22,967 bases of DNA from an uncultured delta proteobacterium (GTDB taxonomy: Bacteria; Desulfobacterota; Zymogenia; Zymogenales; Zymogenaceae): NCBI GenBank assembly GCA_963792965.1, contig CAWBYW010000036.1, positions 1 to 22,967 of the forward strand. Direction: 5' to 3'. The stretch's first letter is position 1. Each line of letters begins with the position of its first letter. The notes under the pieces were generated by a model, which saw only the letters and a list, made by a program, of their open reading frames with translations, did no database searches and was not told the origin of the DNA. This document shows, piece by piece, positions 16,215-22,967 of this stretch. Position numbers and translations under genes: made by a program.

Positions 16215-17405
16215 TTAGGCCAGGAGGTTTTCGCAGAAAACCGTCCCGCCCTGCCCGAGGCCGACACACATTGTGGTCATGCCGTACTTGACGTTCTTCC
16301 TTTCCTGGAATGCGTGCATCAAGTGAATCATCAGCCGAATTCCGGAGGAGGCCAGCGGATGCCCGAAGGCGATGGCGCCGCCATAGATGTTCATCCGCGG
16401 ATCATCCACGACCTTCATCCCGAACTCATTCATGAAGGCGATCGCCTGAACGGCGAATGCCTCGTTGAGCTCAATCAGCCCGAAGTCTTCGAACTTCATG
16501 TTGTAGTTTTTCAGGGCTTTCTTGGTGGAGGGGACGGGGCCGTATCCCATGATCTTGGCGGGCACACCCGCAAACGCCCATCCGAAGATCTTGATAACCG
16601 GCTTGAGACCGAGCTCTTTGGCCAGATCGGCCGACATGAGGATCGCACCCGCCGCGCCGTCGTTGAGGCCGGAGCTGTTGCCGGCAGTGACCCTGCCGCC
16701 TTCGCGGAAGGGGGTCTTGAGCTCGCTCAGACCCTGCATGGTCGTCTCGGGCCGGGGCTGCATGTCCCAATCGGCGCGGGTCCACCCGTCCTTGGTATAG
16801 ACGGTCATGGGGACCATCATCTTGGCGAGCATACCGTTGTCAAGCGCCTTCTTTGCCTTCTGCTGGCAGAAAAGGGCGTACTCGTCGCACGTCTCTTTCT
16901 TGATCTCGGGGAACATGTCGTGAAGGTTCTCGGCCGTCTTTCCCATGTTGATGTCGTCGACGGTCACGATATTTTCCTGGAAGAGTCTCGGGTTCGGATC
17001 GGCGCCCGCGCCCATCGGGTGGTGCCCCATGTGCTCCGCGCCTCCGGTGATGACGCAATCGGCCGCGCCCATGGCGATCTGGCCGGCGCCGTAGGTCAGG
17101 GCCGTCATGCCGCCCGCGCACATCCGGTCGACGGAACATCCGGCGGTGGAGATGTCGAGGTTCGACGTAAGGACGGTCGTCCTGCCCATGGTGATTCCCT
17201 GGTCTCCCACCTGCGTGGTGGCGCCCCAGATGTTGTCATCGATCATTTCAGGCTTGATCTGCGGATTGCGATGGAGCAGCTCGTCGATGACCTTCGTGAC
17301 CATGTCGTCGGCGCGGGTGAGCCAGAAAAAGCCCTTTTCCCCTGCTCTTCCGAAGGCGGTACGGATACCGTCCACCATAACCACATCCCGTAACTTCTGA
17401 GCCAT
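16215..17405 (-). CDS. fadA: Acetyl-CoA C-acyltransferase (3-ketoacyl-CoA thiolase)
   Basis: DGIRTAFG, DRMCAGG, TAGNSSGLNDGA, ELNEAFA, GGAIAFGHPLASSG, MCVGLGQG. Confidence 0.92.
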   Translation of the reverse strand: MAQKLRDVVMVDGIRTAFGRAGEKGFFWLTRADDMVTKVIDELLHRNPQIKPEMIDDNIWGATTQVGDQGITMGRTTVLTSNLDISTAGCSVDRMCAGGMTALTYGAGQIAMGAADCVITGGAEHMGHHPMGAGADPNPRLFQENIVTVDDINMGKTAENLHDMFPEIKKETCDEYALFCQQKAKKALDNGMLAKMMVPMTVYTKDGWTRADWDMQPRPETTMQGLSELKTPFREGGRVTAGNSSGLNDGAAGAILMSADLAKELGLKPVIKIFGWAFAGVPAKIMGYGPVPSTKKALKNYNMKFEDFGLIELNEAFAVQAIAFMNEFGMKVVDDPRMNIYGGAIAFGHPLASSGIRLMIHLMHAFQERKNVKYGMTTMCVGLGQGGTVFCENLLA

Positions 17406-17523
17406 TGCTTCCTCCTTATTGTTTTCGATAGCTTATTTTGGAATATCCTATCGTTTGGTGAGCGACGCTAACTAAAAGAAAACACATGACATATTATCTA
17501 CTCCCCGTAGCCGGTCCAAATAC

Positions 17524-17541
17524 TGAATGAATATACATTCA
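17524..17541. promoter_or_regulatory. Palindromic TetR-type FadR-like operator upstream of fadA
   Basis: TGAATGAATATACATTCA, one mismatch to the B. subtilis FadR (YsiA) box TGAATGANTANTCATTCA, ~120 nt upstream of the thiolase start. Confidence 0.65.
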
Positions 17542-17720
17542 TTTTTTTTAAAAAGCAAGGATATTTTTCGCGGTGAGTGTTTTTTTCGATCGGGGCAACA
17601 TACGCGATTCGCTGCCCTCGACGTGTCCTCGGGGTAGAACTCGGCTCGGTAGTGAGGAGTGGATGGGCGTTTCTGTGACGCGGTCGGGGAGCCGTGCCTC
17701 CGCAAACTGTCGCCCTACAG

Positions 17721-17754
17721 AAAACAAAACCCCCGTTTCTGTCGAAACGAGGGT
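17721..17754 (-). terminator. Rho-independent terminator after the FmdB-like gene
   Basis: Minus strand ACCCUCGUUUC-GACA-GAAACGGGGGU followed by UUUGUUUU. Confidence 0.75.
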
Positions 17755-17782
17755 ACCCGGCACGACGTACAAGAGGAACCGA

Positions 17783-18115
17783 TCAGTCCTCTGTGGTGCT
17801 CTTGGCGGGTTTGTCGGCGGCGGACACGGCACTCTTCTCGGCCGGCTTATCCGTTGCGGCCGCCTCCTTCTTGGAGTCTATATCTTTCATGCGGTTCTTG
17901 AGGTCTGTCCGCTTCCCGTTACCGGAGCCGTTGCCCTTCTTGGCGTAGTCCGTTGCGTACCAGCCGGTCCCCTTGAGTACAAAGCTCGTGCTGGACATCA
18001 CCTTGGCAAGCGAGCCGCCGCACGTAGGGCATTTCTTCAGCGGCGGATCGGACATCTTCTGCATCGCCTCGACGGTCTTGCCGCATTTCGTGCATGAATA
18101 TTCGTAGATCGGCAC
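17783..18115 (-). CDS. FmdB-family zinc-ribbon protein
   Basis: MPIYEYSCTKCG...CPTCGGSLAKVMS...FVLKGTGWYATDY; GGAGG RBS. Confidence 0.9.
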   Translation of the reverse strand: MPIYEYSCTKCGKTVEAMQKMSDPPLKKCPTCGGSLAKVMSSTSFVLKGTGWYATDYAKKGNGSGNGKRTDLKNRMKDIDSKKEAAATDKPAEKSAVSAADKPAKSTTED

Positions 18116-18399
18116 AGGTCACCTCCAGGACACAGATAATCTATATATAATATAACTATTTACGCGATAATTTCAAGGAAAAAATGATGCCGCTTTCGGT
18201 TGATCGTCCCAGAACGCAACGACCGCCGGGATTCCCAACGACTCCTCCGCGCCTTTCCATACCCTCTTCCCCTCAGGCGACCCACCACGACGCTACCGAC
18301 CGTCACGCCGATATTCCCGGGCAGGAAGTGCCGACAGTACTATTAAGGTCCAGATAAAGATTGTCGCCACATGACCGAACGTCCAATATCCAATTTCCC

Positions 18400-18428
18400 T
18401 TGACACTAAAAATCTCCGGTGATACGGT
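18400..18428 (+). promoter_or_regulatory. Candidate sigma70 promoter for the aminotransferase operon
   Basis: TTGACA 18400-18405, 17 nt spacer ending TGA (extended -10), TACGGT. Confidence 0.4.
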
Positions 18429-18478
18429 ATCTGAAAACGACCGGGCGTCGCTTTCCTTCCCCTCAACAGGAGTCACCC

Positions 18479-19747
18479 ATGGACTTCGTCGGGCAATACC
18501 CCAAGGAAAAAATCATCGAGCTCTTTCGTGACCACGTCAACTCCGGCAAGGCCGACTTCTTCAAGCAGATGGGGATGGACTTCGTCTTCGGACGCCGGGA
18601 GGGGATCTACGTCTGGGACGTGTCGGGGGAGAAAAGAATCATCAACTGCCACTGCAACGGCGGCGTCTTCAACCTCGGCCACCGCAACCCCCGGATCATC
18701 AACACGATGACGGCCGCCATGAAAGAGCTCGACATCGGAAACGGCCACCTGATCAGCGAAGCGCGCGCGCTGTTGGCCCAGCGCCTCGCCGAGCTTGCCC
18801 CGGGCACGGGGCTGACCCGCACCTGTTTCGGCAGCGGCGGTGGGGAGGCGGTTGACTTTGCGATGAAGCTTGCCCGCGGCTATACGAAAAAATACAAGGT
18901 CATCAGCGCCAAAGGCGGCTACCACGGGCACACGGGGCTTGCGCTCGCCGCCGGCGACGAGAAATACCGCGCCCCCTTCGGGCCGCTTTCTCCCGGGTTT
19001 TCCCAGATACCCTTCGGGGATACCGAGGCCATGGAGAAGGCGATCGATGCCGAGACCGCGGCGTTCATCGTCGAGACGGTGCCGGCCACGCTCGGCATGC
19101 CGATCCCGGACGACGATTATTTCCCCCAGATCAGGGAGATCTGTACCAAGAAAGATGTCGTCTTCATCGTGGACGAGGTTCAGACGGGCCTCGGGCGCAC
19201 CGGCAAGCTCTGGGCGATCGAGCACTTCGGCGTTGAGCCGGACATGATGGTGACGGCAAAAGGGCTCTCGGGCGGGATCTTCCCCATCTCGGCCACGATG
19301 TTCAACGAGAAATACGAGCGGTTCTTCCTCGAGACCGACCCCTTCATCCACGTCTCCACGTTCGGTGGGGCGGAAGTCGGCTGCCCCGTGGCGCTGGAGG
19401 TCCTGGCAATCTCATCGGATCCGGCCTTCCTGAAGAATGTCTCCAAAACGGCGGAGATCTTCAGGAAGGGATTTGCGAGGCTCAAGGAAAAGCACCCCGA
19501 GATCCTCGTCGGCCTGCGCCAGCTCGGCCTCATGATGGGTATCGAGATGGTCAACGAATACTGCGGCCCGGCGATGTCGCTGACCTGCTACAATAACGGC
19601 ATCCTCTCGGTCTACGCCAACAACGACAAGCGTATCAGCCAGCTCCTCCCCCCGCTCATCATCACCGACAAGGACGCAAGCGAGATCCTCGAGCGGGTCG
19701 ACGCGGCGCTGGGCGACGCCAAGAAGATGCTCGGGCTTGCCAAATAG
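18479..19747 (+). CDS. Class-III PLP-dependent aminotransferase (putrescine/ornithine aminotransferase-like)
   Basis: FNLGHRNP, SGGGEAVDFAMKLAR, GYHGHT, DEVQTGLGRTG, TAKGLSGG, STFGG. CAGGAG RBS before ATG 18479. Confidence 0.88.
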   Translation: MDFVGQYPKEKIIELFRDHVNSGKADFFKQMGMDFVFGRREGIYVWDVSGEKRIINCHCNGGVFNLGHRNPRIINTMTAAMKELDIGNGHLISEARALLAQRLAELAPGTGLTRTCFGSGGGEAVDFAMKLARGYTKKYKVISAKGGYHGHTGLALAAGDEKYRAPFGPLSPGFSQIPFGDTEAMEKAIDAETAAFIVETVPATLGMPIPDDDYFPQIREICTKKDVVFIVDEVQTGLGRTGKLWAIEHFGVEPDMMVTAKGLSGGIFPISATMFNEKYERFFLETDPFIHVSTFGGAEVGCPVALEVLAISSDPAFLKNVSKTAEIFRKGFARLKEKHPEILVGLRQLGLMMGIEMVNEYCGPAMSLTCYNNGILSVYANNDKRISQLLPPLIITDKDASEILERVDAALGDAKKMLGLAK

Positions 19748-19784
19748 GCGGGCGGCCGGGAAACGTCCGTGCTCCGGGAGAATA

Positions 19785-20139
19785 ATGGCTATCGTACATC
19801 ACTTCCCCGATTTCATGAAAAACCCGTCAAACGCCGTCGCCTCATCGTCCCAGAGCCCGGGAGTCCAAGGGTACGTCTTCGACGGCGCCGACGGAAGCCA
19901 GATGGCCTTCTGGGAATGCCGGAAGGACGGCGTCTCAGGCGAGCATACGCATGACTTTGACGAATACTTCGTTGTCCTGGAGGGCCGCTATACGCTGATT
20001 ATCGACGGAGAGAGAATCAGAGGTTACCCCCGGCCGGGAATATCACATTCCGAAGGGCGTCCCCCACGCGGGGGAGTTCATCGCCGGGACGCGGACGATC
20101 CACGCCTTCGGGGGCCGGAGGGCCGAGCGGAGCCGCTGA
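19785..20139 (+). CDS. Small cupin-domain protein, frameshifted at ~20020
   Basis: EHTHDFDEYFVVLEGRY (cupin motif 1); the shifted frame continues EVTPGREYHIPKGVPHAGEFIAGTRTIHAFGG (motif 2) to TGA 20137-20139. Confidence 0.75.
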
Positions 20140-20234
20140 CGCGAGAAAGCGACGCCGCCCAGGGCGCGCACGCAAAAAGAATATCTTCCGGCATATATAT
20201 CCATATGTCACAATAGTCATAAGGAGTCATTTTC

Positions 20235-21210
20235 ATGAGCCGTCTGACGATCGATAAGAAGCTGCTGACCTCGTTTGAGGAAGGGCTTGACCCCCGCCAT
20301 CCCGACAGGAGCAAATTCCCGCGGAGGTGCTGGGCTACGGCGAGATGTCCACGGTATTTGCGGTCGGCGCCGAGGGACACCGCGATCTCGCGTACAAGCG
20401 GATGCCGATTTTCCGGACGAAGGAGGAAGTTACCCGGTACGAGGGGATCTACAACGAGTATAACGAGATCCTCCAAAAGAAAGTGGGGATCGCAGGTGCC
20501 GCCGTTCGACTCGACGGTCGTCACAACAAAAAGCGGCAGGCTCGTGATGTTCGATGTCCAGAAGAAGCTTGAGCCCGCCTCCATCGGGAACCGCACCATC
20601 CATATCGTGAACGAGGATCAGGTCCTGTTGATGGTGCGCCTTGTGCTGCGTGAGCTCAAGAAGGTCTGGGTTTTCAACGCGAAAAAGACGGGCATCGAGA
20701 TCGGCATCGACGGGCAGATATCCAACTGGTCGATCGTCGGCTTTGACCCGAAAAAGCCCGCGGTCACCGAGAAAACGAAATTCGTCTACTTCGACACGAG
20801 CACCCCGTTCATCAAGAAGAAAGGCGTCGAGCAGCTGGACCCCGAGCTCTTCCTCAGGGCGGCCCCGTCGTTTCTGGTCTGGCTCATCCGGTGGCTTTTC
20901 TTGAGCCGATGTGATGACGCGCTACTACGATTTTCACCTGGTGGCCGTCGATCTCGTCGCCAATTTTTACAAGGAGCAGCGGCCCGAGCTGATCGGCCGC
21001 CTCGTCGGGGTGGTCAACGACTTCTTTGCGACCGAGGCAAAGGAGCTCGGGATCCAGCCGATCACGGAAAAGGAGGTCGCCTCGTACTACAAGGAGGACG
21101 CCTGGATCTGGCGGCTCTGGCTCCTTTTCAGGAGGATCGACCGGTTCCTGAAGACGCGGATCCTCATGAGGCCGTACCCGTATATCCTGCCGGGGAAAAT
21201 AAAACGATGA
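20235..21210 (+). CDS. Kinase-like-fold protein (DUF6206-like), three frameshifts
   Basis: Reassembled: ...EVLGYGEMSTVF...LAYKRMP...IGIDGQISNW...VYFDTSTP...RYYDFHLVAVDLVANFYKE...YPYILPGKIKR. Shifts at ~20315, ~20492 and ~20907. Confidence 0.65.
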
Positions 21211-21229
21211 GTGCCCCGCCCCTTCCACC

Positions 21230-21312
21230 GTCATTGCGAGCGCAGCGAAGCAATCCCCCGACTGCCTCCGCGGACGGGAGATTGTATCGTCGATTTGCTA
21301 CCTCGCGATGAC
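21230..21312. repeat. REP-like palindromic element (GTCATTGCGAG...CTCGCGATGAC type)
   Basis: Terminal inverted repeats gtcattgcgag / ctcgcgatgac and internal gcaatccc / gagattgt arms; intergenic. Confidence 0.7.
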
Positions 21313-21374
21313 ACTTCGAACCCCGCTCGGGGAAATGCTTGATTACATAAACCCGATAGTAATAAGGTTAGGAA

Positions 21375-22199
21375 ATGAAAGATTTTAAGGACAAGATCGT
21401 TTACGTCGTCGGCGGCTCAAGCGGCATCGGCCTGGCCGCGGCCGAGCTCTTTGCCGCAAAGGGCGCGCATGTCTGCATCTTTGCCCGTAACGAGGAGCGG
21501 CTGGAGGCGGCGTGCGTCGTGGTCGGTGGGCGCGCGGCCGGAAAGCGCCAGCGCATCGCCTCCTATTCGGTGGACGTTGCGAATAACCGGCAGGTCGAAA
21601 AGATCATGGCGCACGCGGTCAAGGAGTTCGGCGCCCCGGACGTGCTGCTCAACGCCGCCGGGCAGGCAACGCCCCGGAAGTTCGAGGAAGTGACCTACGA
21701 GCAGTTCGACGAGACGATGCACATCAACCTCTACGGCACCCGCAACACCGTCGCCGCGCTCCTGCCCGCCATGAAGGCGCGGGGAAAGCCGCCATCGTCA
21801 ACATCTCGTCTATCGCGGGCTACATCGGGGTCTTCGGCTACACGGACTACAACGCCAGCAAGTTTGCCGTCCTCGGCTTTTCCGAGGCGCTCCGCTCCGA
21901 GCTGAGGCAGTACGACATGGAGGTTTTCGTCCTCTGCCCGCCCGACACCGACACGCCGGGCCTCACCATCGAGAACCAGACCAAGCCCCCGGAAACAAAG
22001 GCGGTGACGGCCGGGGGCGGCCTCATGAAGCCCGAGGCGGTGGCGGCCGCGATGATCCGGGGGATGGAAAAAGGGAGATTCATCACCGTGCCCGGGTTCG
22101 AGGGGAAGTTCTCGGTGCTGGCCCAACGGCTCATCCCCGGCTTTGTGAGGTGGACGCTGGATCGTACGATCGCCGAAGGCCCGGAAGGGATCACGATAA
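21375..22199 (+). CDS. Short-chain dehydrogenase/reductase, KDSR (3-ketodihydrosphingosine reductase)-like; frameshift at ~21784
   Basis: GGSSGIG, NAAG; after the shift IVNISS...YNASK, then CPPDTDTPG..ENQTKP.ET. True stop is either 22199 (needs one more shift at ~22175) or 22315. Confidence 0.78.
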
Positions 22200-22339
22200 A
22201 CCGAAGACAACACCCAATCCGACGACGGAAGGCGGAAGAGCGGATGGATTGCGCCGATGTAACTTTGCCATGTTATTGGCAGGCTTTTGGCTGGTCAGTA
22301 CCACCCCGGACGTAACATTCTGATTTCGAAGGATGATAC

Positions 22340-22967
22340 CATGAAGGCGGAACCAGACAGTAAGCAGTGAGGGTATGGATTAGATAGAAGACTGGCAAAT
22401 AGTCGAGATGGAGAATGGGAAATCATCGAGGAATGGGGCGGCTTTTTATGCGTTCACAGAGACAATTCTAATCCATTCCCAGCAGTCCTGGTAGTCAATG
22501 ACAAGAAACTTTCTGATGGTGAAAATAGGCTGACATCGACATAAGTAATCTAAATCTCGTGAATGGTTTAATCCATCCTATGGCCATTGTCTTTAGGTAC
22601 CAAGACCCCCAGCATTACTATTTCTCCGGGAATGGGCAGTTATCAAAGAAAATTCGTGATCAGAAAGCGAGTCCCTGTCGGAACACGTATCTCAATGTAT
22701 GAGGATCCCCGTCTGAGATCAGAGAGGTAAGTACCTATTCAATAATACTAAAGCTATGGGAGAGAATCGAACTGTACCTTAACAGCGGTCGTGATGTGGG
22801 AATTAAAGTCCTTGAGGCAACAGATGCTCAAGAGCCATTCTACGACCATGGGGACATAGGGATAAAGGTGCACCAAAACCAGGATGGTCAGAATAGAAAA
22901 TGTGTACTATAGACCTATAGAGCCAAAATGCTTTATTACTATGCCCTTTAAAGATCGCAGACTAAAT
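22340..22967 (+). pseudogene. Fragmented low-GC ORF: lectin/ConA-like beta-sandwich segments followed by a CFITMPF motif, running off the window
   Basis: Fragments RDGEWEIIEE, MAIVFRYQDPQHYYF (22580), ERIELYLN...LEATD...HGDIGIKVH and MVRIENVYYRPIEPKCFITMPFKD (22884-end), interrupted by stops and frame changes. Confidence 0.45.

Noticed and set aside
17560-17720. Possible ncRNA between fadA and the FmdB-like gene
   Set aside because: No tRNA, tmRNA, SRP or 6S hallmark recognised; only the terminator and operator are supportable.
16314-19351. Long ORFs 16314..17393 (+) and 18473..19351 (-)
   Set aside because: Shadows of the thiolase and the aminotransferase.

Overview
GC-rich bacterial window, probably from an anaerobe; the Myxococcus/Geobacter-type pilin homolog hints at a deltaproteobacterium. 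Left: an APC amino-acid permease N-terminus joined head-on to a truncated lysine-fermentation block (kdd-kamB-kamD-kamE, minus strand). Centre (5.1-13.0 kb, plus strand), the main finding: five paralogous short genes with a conserved twin-arginine-like leader, one invariant Cys and Tyr/Asn-rich cores built from Y-x-N/Y-x-D triplets. They are followed by a radical SAM/SPASM enzyme, a SPASM-only partner, a radical SAM/SPASM-GT9 glycosyltransferase fusion and a cluster-encoded Lgt. This looks like a RiPP-type system making radical-SAM-modified, glycosylated, lipid-anchored surface peptides (inference). Right: pilin-like gene, small hypothetical gene, fadA-fadB beta-oxidation genes with a FadR-type operator, FmdB-like zinc ribbon, a class-III aminotransferase/cupin/kinase-like/KDSR-like SDR operon, a palindromic repeat, and a low-GC fragmented tail. 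Single-base frameshifts occur only near the two ends and look like long-read errors.
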